From an uncultured bacterium (lineage in GTDB: Bacteria > Electryoneota > Electryoneia > Electryoneales > Electryoneaceae): a stretch of DNA of 49,680 nucleotides. The notes beneath the pieces were generated by a model. The model had not been told where the DNA came from. It was given only the letters and a program-made list of their open reading frames with translations, and ran no database searches. The first letter of the stretch is position 1. Every line of letters starts with the position of its first letter. The translations under genes were made by a program, and so were the position numbers. This document shows positions 38,624-48,774 of this stretch, piece after piece. The DNA lies in assembly GCA_913009835.1 (NCBI GenBank), contig CAJVXH010000003.1, positions 1 through 49,680 of the forward strand, read 5' to 3'.

Positions 38624-39097
38624 CTACCCAAACATCGGCGGGTCACGGCGTTGATCTTTGGTGAGGGCGCGGGAGAGTATGATTGTGAAGGTACCGTCCT
38701 CATTGATCTCACCTTCGACATCGTCCATGTTCTCATTCGCGACATTCAAGCTCTCCATCTCCAGCGAACGCGCGGTTTGATCCTGTAGCAGAAAAGTGCC
38801 GATGGCGCAGCCATCGGGTAGTTCGTGCGGTGTGCAGCGGATTGTGAACATCAACCGTTCCGCCAACACCGTCATATCCACCCGGAACAAACTCTCACCG
38901 TCCTCGTCAAGCAACACAACTATCATCTCCTCGCACACTCCCAGTACGCTGACCATGATCTCCTCCATGTCGAAGGGGTTGGTGTTCAGACGGCGGAGGG
39001 TAGCATCCACCTTCTCCTCGATCATCCCGAGGAAGGCGGGGTCGGCGGGGTATTCGACACCCCAACGGATGGAAAAGAAGCTGCGGCCTTTGGACAT
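38624..39097 (-). CDS. Hypothetical protein, possibly RsbW/HATPase-like fold
   Basis: Pattern YPADPAFL..EIMVSVLGVCEE..NENMDDVE..TFTIILSR loosely resembles anti-sigma kinase topology; ATP-binding motifs are not evident. Confidence 0.5.
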   Translation of the reverse strand: MSKGRSFFSIRWGVEYPADPAFLGMIEEKVDATLRRLNTNPFDMEEIMVSVLGVCEEMIVVLLDEDGESLFRVDMTVLAERLMFTIRCTPHELPDGCAIGTFLLQDQTARSLEMESLNVANENMDDVEGEINEDGTFTIILSRALTKDQRRDPPMFG

Positions 39098-39174
39098 TGG
39101 AAAACCAGTTATGAGTTGTGAGCAGTGAGCTATGAGCAGAAGAAAAGGCAAATCAAACATTTTCTACCAAGGGA

Positions 39175-39310
39175 AATGCCGGGCTTCAACACCGAGATCC
39201 TTCTCGTACGTCGGAAAACACTCGACGCACGTCAGGATGACTTCATTCCCCGGCATACGGAGATGCCGGGCTAGTCACTGTCTTCCCCGGGTTCAGCGAA
39301 CCCGGGCTAC
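39175..39310. repeat. REP cluster: one GAGATCCTTC..GTCAGGATGAC element plus GTAG-type palindromes
   Basis: AACACCGAGATCCTTC-[hairpin]-GTCAGGATGAC at 39188-39241; CCCGGGTTC-agc-GAACCCGGG-CTAC (GTAG tag on the minus strand). Lies between two genes on the minus strand. Confidence 0.75.
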
Positions 39311-39313
39311 ATA

Positions 39314-39964
39314 CTAAATCAACCCCATTGAGCGGAGAAAGCCCATATCCAGATAGGGATTGGTGCGCGCTTCGACATGCAGGGTGGTTGAGGGACCGTG
39401 ACCGGGATGTACCTTCGTCTCGCCGGGCAATGTCAGCAGCTTCTCACGCATGCCCTGTATCAATACGCGCCCGTCACTACCTGGAAAATCGAAGCGTCCG
39501 ATTCCACCCGCGAAGAGCGTATCCCCAGCAAAGACATGCCCACTCTCGTGATAGAAGACCACATGTCCAACGGTGTGTCCGGGGATGTGGATCGTCTTCA
39601 AAGTGAGTTGACCGAACTCGAGCATCTCGCCGTCGGCGATGCTTCTGTCCGCTTCGCCAACGTTCAGCTGTGAATTGAAACTGATGGCGTGGCTGAGTTT
39701 TGGATCGGTGAGCATGGGGGCATCCAGCGGATGGCAGAGGACTTCAGCGTTTGGATACCGTTCGCGCAGATCCCCGACCGCGCCGATGTGATCGTAGTGT
39801 CCGTGGGTGATGAGAATCGCGGCGGGCTCTATCCCCCACTCGCTGAATTGATGCTCGAACAGCTCCGGTTCCGCACCCGGATCTATGATGACCGCATCGT
39901 CACCTTCACGAACAATGAAACCATTGGTCTCGACCGGTCCAACTGTCAGTCTGACAAACTCCAT
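39314..39964 (-). CDS. MBL-fold metallo-hydrolase (glyoxalase II-like)
   Basis: THGHYDHIG, PGHT, GDTLF and PGHG motifs. Confidence 0.93.
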   Translation of the reverse strand: MEFVRLTVGPVETNGFIVREGDDAVIIDPGAEPELFEHQFSEWGIEPAAILITHGHYDHIGAVGDLRERYPNAEVLCHPLDAPMLTDPKLSHAISFNSQLNVGEADRSIADGEMLEFGQLTLKTIHIPGHTVGHVVFYHESGHVFAGDTLFAGGIGRFDFPGSDGRVLIQGMREKLLTLPGETKVHPGHGPSTTLHVEARTNPYLDMGFLRSMGLI

Positions 39965-40063
39965 GACATTTTATCCTTTCAGCGCCTCGGGCAGAGAAAA
40001 CCACCGGCTATTGTTAAGATAGCCGATGGTAGGGTAATCTATGGTAGAAATATCTCAAACAGT

Positions 40064-41686
40064 TCAGCTTGTGGTGAGGAATTGGCTGACGAAATCATCC
40101 GGACGCGATGAACCACCGGTCGCGGTTGAAATGAGCTCGTTGTATTCCCACATGGCGCCATGCTTGAATATTCTTTCCTTGAACCATTCGCCGATGCGCG
40201 CATCGTCCATCCACAGCACCGGTTCCTCGAGTCCAAGCTGCTTTTTCATCGCGGTGGCGAACTGTGAAGCATGCCACTCGGCGATGATGTAGTTATGTGA
40301 CTGCACTGGGTTGAGCAACAATGTTGGATGCATCACCCAATCCGCCATGTCCGCACGATCAGGAGGACGACGGAGCAATTGGAAACGTTCGATAAGATCC
40401 CACCAGCGATTTTGCTGATTCTGGTCCGGATCACGATACAGTCCTCGTTCGAAATGGACCAGTACCATCCGCCAACGTCCCTCGATGATGCGTTGATAGC
40501 GAAGTTCAATCGGCATGGCCTTGTCGAGCCCGCGAACTTGGCTACCTCGCATCTCAAACATATTGAGCATCCACTCGAAATCGGTGGCACGACGTGCGAA
40601 GAACCGTCCCACGGCCTCCAACATGCTGGGGTGAGCGGGGCGACGTAAGGTCATCGGCAAATGCTTGTCGATTCTGGCCACGTATGACGCCTTACCCAGG
40701 ACACGCAGCATTTCTTCCGCGCCATCCTTGTTGGGAGCTGGCGAAACCAGCAGGCGAAGATCGCCCGCGCCGTCCATATCGGTAAATTCCCACTTCGGGT
40801 GAGCACTGGTTCGGGTTATCGTATCCTCTTTCAGGATTCTCTCGAGGGGCAGGCCCAAACCATCAAAATATTTCGGTGCCCATTCCATCGGGTCACGTTC
40901 AGCGTACAATGAATCAACATTTGTCTCGAACACCTTCGGCACTTTTGCGAAATAGGGATCAGAGCAGTACCAAGGTTTGAGGTTTATGGCATCAACGTGG
41001 AATTTGTCAGATAGCATGCGGTCCAGCTGTGCCTTCATCCGCCGGAACGGTTCTTCGGTAGCGGCAGTAAATGCACTTAGGGCGCTGAACATGCGTGTTT
41101 CATTGATTTCCTGCAACTCCATGTGCATACGATAGAAGTCGGGGAATCCTATGGAACGTGCGGCGACATTGCGTGCTTTGGTGAGCTCGACGATACTGGG
41201 GACTATTTCTGAACCAAAAGTCTTTCCGGCTTCCCAGGCTTGCTTTCGCGCTTCGATATCATCGCTTTTATTCATGATGCGATGGATATCGGCCATTGTT
41301 GATCGGGTGCCCTCAATCTCAGGACGGAACTGTCGCAACTTGGCTTCGAGGACTTTTTCCTTCGCAACGATGGACTCATGTACCTCAACGGTGTACATGT
41401 TTGGAGCCATCTCATATCGGAGCAACTTCGCCCAGCGACGAAGCATTACATCCTGCACGCCAGCGTCGGCAAGTCGTTCGCCTATCTCGTCAAATAGTGG
41501 GCGATCACCGACTTCCTTGCGATAGGTGAGCTCAGCCTCTTTACTGGTGGCAATAGCATCATCGGACGGCATCATCATCGCATCCCAATTTGCCTTGGTG
41601 CGATTCAGACGGACGGTCAGGAAACGGTTTTCCGTGGATTCGAGAATATTGCGTAACTCTCGTTCAACTTCCGGGTTTCCGGTCAC
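40064..41686 (-). CDS. M3/M2-type oligopeptidase homologue, catalytically degenerate
   Basis: ARNVAARSIGFPDF, LKPWY.SDPYF, FERGLYRDP and HNYIIAE patterns. The HExxH position reads RVLGK. Confidence 0.75.
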   Translation of the reverse strand: MTGNPEVERELRNILESTENRFLTVRLNRTKANWDAMMMPSDDAIATSKEAELTYRKEVGDRPLFDEIGERLADAGVQDVMLRRWAKLLRYEMAPNMYTVEVHESIVAKEKVLEAKLRQFRPEIEGTRSTMADIHRIMNKSDDIEARKQAWEAGKTFGSEIVPSIVELTKARNVAARSIGFPDFYRMHMELQEINETRMFSALSAFTAATEEPFRRMKAQLDRMLSDKFHVDAINLKPWYCSDPYFAKVPKVFETNVDSLYAERDPMEWAPKYFDGLGLPLERILKEDTITRTSAHPKWEFTDMDGAGDLRLLVSPAPNKDGAEEMLRVLGKASYVARIDKHLPMTLRRPAHPSMLEAVGRFFARRATDFEWMLNMFEMRGSQVRGLDKAMPIELRYQRIIEGRWRMVLVHFERGLYRDPDQNQQNRWWDLIERFQLLRRPPDRADMADWVMHPTLLLNPVQSHNYIIAEWHASQFATAMKKQLGLEEPVLWMDDARIGEWFKERIFKHGAMWEYNELISTATGGSSRPDDFVSQFLTTS

Positions 41687-41876
41687 TAAGGTTCTCCTGC
41701 TGAGGAAGTTTTGTCGACCAGTTATTGTCAGGCATGGGGAAAGCCTCGATCCTTGTCGTACAGCCGGGAAAGGTACGGTTTCTCAGTGTAGCATCGCAAA
41801 CTTCATTTGATGCATATCGTCCTCCGTTCTGTTAGCAGAAGTGAGCGAGTTTATTCTTGATGTGTTACCTTTGCGC

Positions 41877-42605
41877 ATGTCTCAGATCGAAGTATATCGA
41901 GTATTCCCGAAGTTTGTTGATGAGCCAGCTGGTGTTGCCGAGCTCGAGGGTGATGAAGCCCGTCATCTTTTGCAAGTTCGACGTGCGGTAGCGGGCGAAC
42001 GTGTTATGCTCATTGATGGCGCTGGTTCAGCCTGGCCAGCTGAGCTGATTGAAACCAACGGTAAAAGTGCCCGTTTCTCCATTGGAGAGAGGCTTGATCG
42101 GTGGCGAGAACCTGGTGTAGCAATTCATCTGGGCCTGGCAGTGCTCAAGGGAGATCACTGGCTGGATGCACTGGATGGATGTGTACAGGCTGGCGTACAG
42201 CAAGTGACACCGTTGAAAACTGACCGCAGCATCGCAGGTTGGAAAGAGAATAAGGCACGTCGTGCTGAGCGACGTTCGCTGGAAGCTGCGAAGCAATGTG
42301 GACGTGGACTTGTACCTCCGATCGATAGCTTACACCGTCTCGCCGAATGGTGCATCAAACTTCCAGACGATGTGGAACGGTTCGTCTGTGAGGCGGGTGG
42401 AAATGCTGTACCGATTCTGCCGAATGGTGCTGAGACGGCCGTTGCGGTCGGGCCAGAAGGTGGATTCACAGCTGATGAAATAGTGCTTCTCGAGGATCAT
42501 GGATTCAAGCGGATTGATTTGGGGGCACGGCGTTTCCGTGCAGAAATGGCAGCAATTGTAGCTGTTTCCCGGTTGATTGGCCCTACGGAATCCCCGTTAC
42601 CCTAA
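41877..42605 (+). CDS. rsmE: 16S rRNA m3U1498 methyltransferase RsmE
   Basis: EARHLLQVRR, EAAKQCGR, VGPEGGFT and LGARRFRAEMA motifs. Alternative start at 41841. Confidence 0.93.
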   Translation: MSQIEVYRVFPKFVDEPAGVAELEGDEARHLLQVRRAVAGERVMLIDGAGSAWPAELIETNGKSARFSIGERLDRWREPGVAIHLGLAVLKGDHWLDALDGCVQAGVQQVTPLKTDRSIAGWKENKARRAERRSLEAAKQCGRGLVPPIDSLHRLAEWCIKLPDDVERFVCEAGGNAVPILPNGAETAVAVGPEGGFTADEIVLLEDHGFKRIDLGARRFRAEMAAIVAVSRLIGPTESPLP

Positions 42606-42650
42606 AACGACATCCCACAAACCAACGATAATATGAAGGGCAAGAGAACG

Positions 42651-43598
42651 ATGGCAGACACACATTACCAGGTGATTATTCTGGGCAGCGGCCCGGCGGG
42701 CTATACTTCGGCGATTTACGCTGCACGCGCACATTTGAAAGTGTTATTGCTGGAAGGCTTGAATTCCGGCGGGCAGTTGATGATCACCACCGATGTGGAG
42801 AACTATCCCGGTTTCCCGAAGGGTGTGACTGGTCCTGATTTGATGGCGGACTTACGTGCCCAGGCCGAACGTTTCGGCCCAGAAATGATACCTATGGACG
42901 CGGTTAAAGTGGATCTGACATCTGGTCGTCCCTTCAAGGTATGGACTGATGAGGCGGAATACACCGCAGATACTGTCATTATTTCCACCGGCGCTACAGC
43001 CCAGTACCTGGGTATGGAGAGTGAGCAGAAGTTGAAGGGGTTTGGGGTGTCGGCTTGCGCAACCTGTGACGGATTCTTCTTCACCGGCAAGGAGGTCGCG
43101 GTTATCGGTGGTGGTGACACCGCCCTGGAAGAGGCTATTTATCTGACACGTCACTGTTCTAAAGTACACTTGATCCATCGCCGCGATGAGCTTCGCGGAT
43201 CGAAGATTATGCGCGAACGTGCCTTTAAAAATGAGAAGATTGAAATCCACTGGAACAAGGTTGTTGACGAAGTCCTCGGCGATACAAATGCAGGCGTCAC
43301 CGGGCTCAGTCTGAAGGACACGGTCAGCGGTGAGCTGAGTGAATTACCGGTGGAAGGGATGTTCGTCGCCATCGGCCACAAGCCGAACACCGAACTGTTT
43401 GAAGGCGTGCTCGATCTGGATGAAACCGGATATATTCTGGCCAATCCGGGCAGCACTTATACCAATATTCCTGGCGTGTTTGCTGCTGGTGATGTGCGTG
43501 ATAGCGTATATCGTCAGGCGGTGACGGCGGCGGGTAGCGGATGCATGGCTGCGATTGACGCCGAACGTTGGCTGGAAGCACAGGGTGAAGAGGAGTAG
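42651..43598 (+). CDS. trxB: Thioredoxin reductase
   Basis: GSGPAGYT, GVSACATCDG, GGGDTALEE and GDV..YRQAVTAAG motifs. Confidence 0.97.
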   Translation: MADTHYQVIILGSGPAGYTSAIYAARAHLKVLLLEGLNSGGQLMITTDVENYPGFPKGVTGPDLMADLRAQAERFGPEMIPMDAVKVDLTSGRPFKVWTDEAEYTADTVIISTGATAQYLGMESEQKLKGFGVSACATCDGFFFTGKEVAVIGGGDTALEEAIYLTRHCSKVHLIHRRDELRGSKIMRERAFKNEKIEIHWNKVVDEVLGDTNAGVTGLSLKDTVSGELSELPVEGMFVAIGHKPNTELFEGVLDLDETGYILANPGSTYTNIPGVFAAGDVRDSVYRQAVTAAGSGCMAAIDAERWLEAQGEEE

Positions 43599-43605
43599 TT
43601 ACGCT

Positions 43606-43692
43606 TGCCACGGAGTGTTAGTCCGTGCCTGTGAGCTGTGAGACATAAGATAATACAAACTTCAACTGCCACGGACTGGAGTCCGTGGCAGG
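43606..43692. repeat. Two related palindromes downstream of trxB
   Basis: TGCCACGGA-gtgttag-TCCGTG and CTGCCACGGACT-gg-AGTCCGTGGCAG. REP-like or IS200/IS605-end-like hairpins; may act as a terminator. Confidence 0.55.
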
Positions 43693-44413
43693 ATCTGTTG
43701 ATAATCCCTACTTACCACCATGTAGGGATAAACTCGTTCTACCTGACATGACCCAGCTGATTTTGTTCATCAGACCATCGAAGTGATCACACTCCCCTCT
43801 CAACAGATGGCCGCTATTATCAAGTCAATCCGGTCGATTATTCAACGGTCAACTCAGATAGCCTTGGATTCGCCGTTTCTCAGAAAGTGTAACTCAATGT
43901 TTATTCTTCAGTATTGGGTATGTACTCCGAGAGTCAAAATATATGCGAAACAAGTTAACAAGCACGTGCGGAATATTCCAATATTGACTATCAGAATACG
44001 ACAGTCTTCGTTCATATTATCTGGAGTTCTGATAATACTACTGAAAGCGTTTTATGGAGCACAAAACTGGAATCGAGTCAATCATCAGTATTTTGTGTTA
44101 TCATGCTACAGTATTGAGTATTTGATTGTAGAATTGTAATCTCAAATCTCACCTGACCAAATGTTGTGTGTCCATTATGGGTAAGCATGTCTAGCCAGGA
44201 GGTCTACTGGTTTCTCGGTATGAGACGCATTGATCGGGAAAAATGAGTTGAATCCGTAAGAGGGATTCGGGCAAGATGGTGTCCAGCTTTGCATGTGAAG
44301 AAATACACACTGATTTGCAGAGAAGATATTCACGAAACGTCGAGTGGTGGATATCCTTTTCGAGTTTGTTTATACCATTGATGATCATTCGTAGTTGACA
44401 AGGGAGTTTTGGG

Positions 44414-46579
44414 ATGAGAGTTACACTCAAGAGCAAACTGCTCACGATGACCGTTGGGACAGCGATTCTCTCGCTGCTGTTGCTGATTGTGGTGTTGGTG
44501 ATTCAAATGCCGGGTTTGCAGAAAACAATCATCGGTGATTTGAACACTATTGCCAGCAGTAGTTCGGTTGAGATTAGTAATGGCGTATTGAATGCTACAG
44601 CGGACACGATCCAGACCTCCATCATGAGGAATGTATGGATCGCGTTTGGATTCGGGCTGTTGATAATTCTGGTCGGTTCCCTGATAGCCTACCGATTTAG
44701 TACTCGGATTGTGGAAAATCTGCGTGAAATGTCGCACATGGCCAGTCGTCTGGCAGAGGGTGAAGCGACAGATGAGATCACCTTCGGAAGTGCGGATGAG
44801 CTGGGTGAACTGGGTAGTACATTCAGCCAGATGAGCAAGAGTTTGATGGCTAAAAACGATTTCATCCAGGATCTGGCCAGGGGAAAGGTAGACACCTCGC
44901 TAGACATCACGAATACCCATGATGCCATGGGCAATTCGCTTCTACAGATTCGTGACACGATTGTCAATGTGACTACTGATATAAGTGCTTTGGCAGCATT
45001 TGCGAATGCCGGTCGAGTAAACGAGCGTGTAGATCACAACAAGTACACTGGTGAATACAAGTTGCTTCTTCAGAAGCTCAACACCCTCATGGATTCCCTC
45101 GTAAGCCACCTGGATGCCATTCCCACCCCGATTTCGATCATTGATAAGAATCGAGACTTCATGTATATCAATGAGGCGGGAGCTGGGTTGAACCATAGGG
45201 ATCCAAAGGATCTTGTCGGGACCAAGTGCTTTAAGCACTTCAAGACCACAGATTGTAACACTAACCGATGTGCTGTAGTTCGGGCCATGAACTCAGGACA
45301 GGTTGAATCCAGTGAAGCTATTGCCTGTCCGGCAGGTCAGGATGTTGATATCGCTTACACGGGAAGGCCATTCTTTGATGATAAGGGTACCGTGTTGGGT
45401 GTGGATGAAGTTGTGCTCAACCAGACGGATGTCATGAACGCTCAACGATTGGCAGGCTTGATCAACGAGTTCCAAAAAACGGAGATCAACAAGCTTAGTG
45501 AGGTTCTGTACACTATGGCCAGCGGTGATCTGACCGCAAAATATGACGTGAAAGATGATGGTAACAAGGATATTGACAAGGTTCGAGAATCGTATGCTGA
45601 AATCGCCTCTGTTCTTGGTCAGACACTCAGTTCCTTAAATGAGATTCTAGGCCAGGTTCAGGTATCAACGGATGAGGTACGTAGCGGCGCTGATCAGGTC
45701 AGCAGTGCAAGCCAGTCGTTGTCGGAGGGTGCTACCGAACAAGCTGCTTCGCTTGAAGAAATTTCCGCTACGATGACCCAGATCGCCAGTCAGACCAAGA
45801 TCAATTCCGAGAACGCAGAACAGGCAAATAGTCTGGCGAAGAACGCCAGCCACAGCGCGGGTGAAGGCAACCAGCGCATGGATAAGATGCTGGCTTCCAT
45901 GGAAGAAATCGAAACGCAGTCACTGGAGGTACAGAAGATCATCAAGGTTATTGATGAGATCGCTTTCCAAACCAACCTCCTGGCGTTGAATGCCGCAGTT
46001 GAAGCCGCGCGTGCAGGTGTGCATGGCAAGGGTTTCGCAGTTGTTGCGGAGGAAGTCCGAAACCTCGCGCAGCGTAGCGCACGTGCAGCCAGCGAAACGA
46101 CTGAGCTGATCGAAAACAGCGTGAATTCGGTTAAAGAAGGTTCGAAGATTGCGAATGATACTGCGGAGTCTTTCAAGGAAATCGTAGATCAGATCAGCAA
46201 GATCACTGACCTCGTCTCGGAGATCAGTGTTGCTTCGAACGAGCAGACAACCGGAATAGCTGAAATTTCAGACGCTCTGGGTCAGGTGGACATCGTTACG
46301 CAGGGAAACACTGCGAATGCTGAAGAGAGCGCAGCTGCTGCCGAGGAGCTCTCTGGTCAGGCTGAACAGCTTCGCCAGATGATGAGCCGCTTCATTTTAG
46401 CTCACTCCTCGAGTGGCGGAAACATGAACCAGATAATCAGCGATCATATGCCGAAAAAGAGCTCTCCGGTTGGAAATGGTCGCAGCAATCAACAGGAGAC
46501 CATCGTTGCAAGTTCAAATGGTAATGACAAACCATCAGGGATGATCCATCTCGATGATGAGGAATTCGACAGGTTCTGA
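44414..46579 (+). CDS. Methyl-accepting chemotaxis protein with HAMP and Cys-rich PAS domains
   Basis: Two TMs, HAMP (DELGELG..F..M), PAS ([16 protein letters not shown]) and signalling domain [20 protein letters not shown]. Confidence 0.95.
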   Translation: MRVTLKSKLLTMTVGTAILSLLLLIVVLVIQMPGLQKTIIGDLNTIASSSSVEISNGVLNATADTIQTSIMRNVWIAFGFGLLIILVGSLIAYRFSTRIVENLREMSHMASRLAEGEATDEITFGSADELGELGSTFSQMSKSLMAKNDFIQDLARGKVDTSLDITNTHDAMGNSLLQIRDTIVNVTTDISALAAFANAGRVNERVDHNKYTGEYKLLLQKLNTLMDSLVSHLDAIPTPISIIDKNRDFMYINEAGAGLNHRDPKDLVGTKCFKHFKTTDCNTNRCAVVRAMNSGQVESSEAIACPAGQDVDIAYTGRPFFDDKGTVLGVDEVVLNQTDVMNAQRLAGLINEFQKTEINKLSEVLYTMASGDLTAKYDVKDDGNKDIDKVRESYAEIASVLGQTLSSLNEILGQVQVSTDEVRSGADQVSSASQSLSEGATEQAASLEEISATMTQIASQTKINSENAEQANSLAKNASHSAGEGNQRMDKMLASMEEIETQSLEVQKIIKVIDEIAFQTNLLALNAAVEAARAGVHGKGFAVVAEEVRNLAQRSARAASETTELIENSVNSVKEGSKIANDTAESFKEIVDQISKITDLVSEISVASNEQTTGIAEISDALGQVDIVTQGNTANAEESAAAAEELSGQAEQLRQMMSRFILAHSSSGGNMNQIISDHMPKKSSPVGNGRSNQQETIVASSNGNDKPSGMIHLDDEEFDRF

Positions 46580-46600
46580 TCGGTACTGGACATCATATTC

Positions 46601-46650
46601 AGCCGCCATCTCTGCCATTGACGTGAGTCGCTGGTAGAGGTGGCTTTTCA
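46601..46650. terminator. Probable terminator hairpin
   Basis: GCCATCTCTGCCA..TGGTAGAGGTGGC followed by TTTT, between convergent genes. Confidence 0.5.
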
Positions 46651-46681
46651 ATTTTTATGCCTATGGTGAGAGTTGCCTGCG

Positions 46682-47590
46682 TTATCTCAGCTTTTTCACA
46701 CGTACATTTCCGTTCATCGTACTGATTTGGTAGGTACGCGACCCTCCATTTATCCTACCGCTACCATTTATGTGTTTCACCGGATTATCTCTATTGACTG
46801 AGTAATCCCACTCCGGCGTTTCACTCTGAGTGATATCGAAATCCGAGTTGATTTTATATGATCGCGTTGCTCTCTGTGTATATGCCAGATCTATACTAAG
46901 ATTCATAGGGTAATTCTCTGGAACTGTGAGGGTGACATCTCCCAATCCACTACGAATGAGAGTGTTCCTGGAAGGAATCATTTCGATCTGCTCGATCTCG
47001 ACCGTCACATCTCCGGCGCCAGTCTCGACATCCATCCAACCGGATTCCAGGTTGACAAAGATATTGCCACCGCCAGCGGTTGCCGAACCTGTCAAACGTG
47101 ATTCAGTAATCTTGATATTGCCGCCTCCAGTGCTCACCTGAGCACTGCCGGACACGTTGTTGAGGTGGGCCAGTCCTCCTGCGGTATGAGCGATGATTGT
47201 TCCGTCTGCACCCTCAATTGTGACATTGCCCCCGCCTGAGTTGATGTTCAGGTTGAATTCACGTGGCACTTTTATCATGAAATGTAATCCACCTGAATCC
47301 AATTGAGGATCATCCAGTGTTGCGATGATACTTAGATTACCGCCGCTGGCATCGAAACTCATGTTCCACACATCCAGCCCGATGCGAGTATCCTCGTAGG
47401 TGACGCCGATAATCTCCTGATCCCAACTGATAACTCGCGCGGATCCACCATTCTCCATTTTCAAGGTGAGCTTGCCCCCAGGATTGCCGGGAAAGACCTT
47501 GTAGATGGATTCTTCACCGGCTGCAAGCACACTGATCAGAATCAGTGTAGCGAGAATAAGGATGGATCGTGTCAGACTATTGAGCCTCAT
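46682..47590 (-). CDS. DUF4097-family secreted beta-strand repeat protein
   Basis: Signal peptide; repeated (T/S)GGGNI.I motifs; IKVPREFNL; GRINGG..ISTMNGNVRV. Confidence 0.8.
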   Translation of the reverse strand: MRLNSLTRSILILATLILISVLAAGEESIYKVFPGNPGGKLTLKMENGGSARVISWDQEIIGVTYEDTRIGLDVWNMSFDASGGNLSIIATLDDPQLDSGGLHFMIKVPREFNLNINSGGGNVTIEGADGTIIAHTAGGLAHLNNVSGSAQVSTGGGNIKITESRLTGSATAGGGNIFVNLESGWMDVETGAGDVTVEIEQIEMIPSRNTLIRSGLGDVTLTVPENYPMNLSIDLAYTQRATRSYKINSDFDITQSETPEWDYSVNRDNPVKHINGSGRINGGSRTYQISTMNGNVRVKKLR

Positions 47591-47819
47591 CTTACACCCC
47601 AGCAAATCCACATCTCCCGATACTACTACCAGTTTTCTTCCTTGGGCAACTACTAATCATAGCTATCGATATGCCGCTATTGCAAAAGCCCGGCATGTAT
47701 GGTGCAACCGGGCATTAATACCAAAATTCATTCAAATCCTTGAGATTTCTCAGGTGCTATCACTGGTCAATCACTTACAGCCCAGACTTCATCAAATCGA
47801 TCTAAGATGTCTGGTTAGA

Positions 47820-48416
47820 TCAAGACGATGAGGGTTCGTCGTCGCCGTTCTGATCTTCCAGGGCTGATCCCCCGGTTACCGAGTCCAGCACCTTGATCTC
47901 GTCACGTATGCGGGCAGCTTCCTCATATTCTTCCTTTTCCACCGCTTCCTTCAACCTGCGGTTGAGCTCCATCAGCTTGTCTTCGCGGGTGGGTCCGGTC
48001 GTCTCAGCCTGGGCGATTTCACCCCGCATTCCTGCTTCTGTGAAGACGTGCGGCGCGACGAGGATCTCGGCATCTGTTTTGAGAGCGAGGGCGATGGCAT
48101 CGCTGGGACGAGCATCCACCTCTTTGCGCCCTTTCTCCGTCTCGACGAACACCGTCGCGTAGAAGGTATTCTCCTTAAGATCCGTTATCTCGACACGAGT
48201 GATCTTGGAATCGGCAGCGTCCAGGAGATCTTGGAACAAGTCATATGTGAGAGGGCGAACGTATTTCATTCCTTGCAGCAGCAGTGAAATGGTGTGCGCT
48301 TCAGTGGCGCCAATGAAGATAGGTAACCATTGTTCTCCGTCCTTCTCTTTCAGAATCACTACATAGCCCTGATAGGGTGGGCTTATGGAAATGCCTGTGA
48401 CCTCGACCGAAATCAT
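47820..48416 (-). CDS. Bifunctional nuclease family (DUF151) protein with UVR domain
   Basis: LPIFIG..EA, RPLTYDL and DARPSDAIALA motifs; C-terminal EAVEKEEYEEAARIRDEI. Confidence 0.92.
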   Translation of the reverse strand: MISVEVTGISISPPYQGYVVILKEKDGEQWLPIFIGATEAHTISLLLQGMKYVRPLTYDLFQDLLDAADSKITRVEITDLKENTFYATVFVETEKGRKEVDARPSDAIALALKTDAEILVAPHVFTEAGMRGEIAQAETTGPTREDKLMELNRRLKEAVEKEEYEEAARIRDEIKVLDSVTGGSALEDQNGDDEPSSS

Positions 48417-48694
48417 TCAAGCCTCGCGTGCTGACTGCTGTTTTGGAAATGTGGATTGTGTCCGCTCGGACCAATGTGTCCTCTGTAATTCGTCTTGAAC
48501 AGTCGTTGAAAATAGGGGTCAGGGTAAATGGTGTCAACAGGCAGGTTACTCACAGCCCGGCAGCGAGCAGTCCACTGGTCAGGCCTGAAGATGCGTTTTC
48601 AGCCACGTTGGCAGATCCAACACGCGCAAGACCACGTCATCCCTCAAGCTGCGTTGACAGAGTCAACACGGGCAAGAACTTGGCTATTCTAGTG

Positions 48695-48740
48695 GAGCTA
48701 ATCCCTGTGAACCGCCAAAAGACGCGGATTCACAGGGGCC
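48695..48740. repeat. REP-like hairpin related to the 37.2-kb element
   Basis: Reverse complement GCCCCTGTGAATCCGCGTCTTTTGGCGGTTCACAGGGATTA versus GCCCCTGTGACCCGCCGTCTTTTTGGCGGTTCGCAGGGATTA at 37198. Confidence 0.75.
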
Positions 48741-48774
48741 AACCCCTTAGCCGCGCTACAAGCACGCGCCTGTA

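Noticed and set aside
43783-44139. 118-aa ORF upstream of the MCP
   Set aside because: AT-rich intergenic-looking sequence with no SD and no recognisable motifs.
44190-44413. c-di-GMP or other riboswitch in the MCP leader
   Set aside because: Only small hairpins; I could not find the conserved GEMM core motifs.
48582-48610. Hammerhead ribozyme (CTGAAGA core)
   Set aside because: No downstream GAAA core element in the right geometry.
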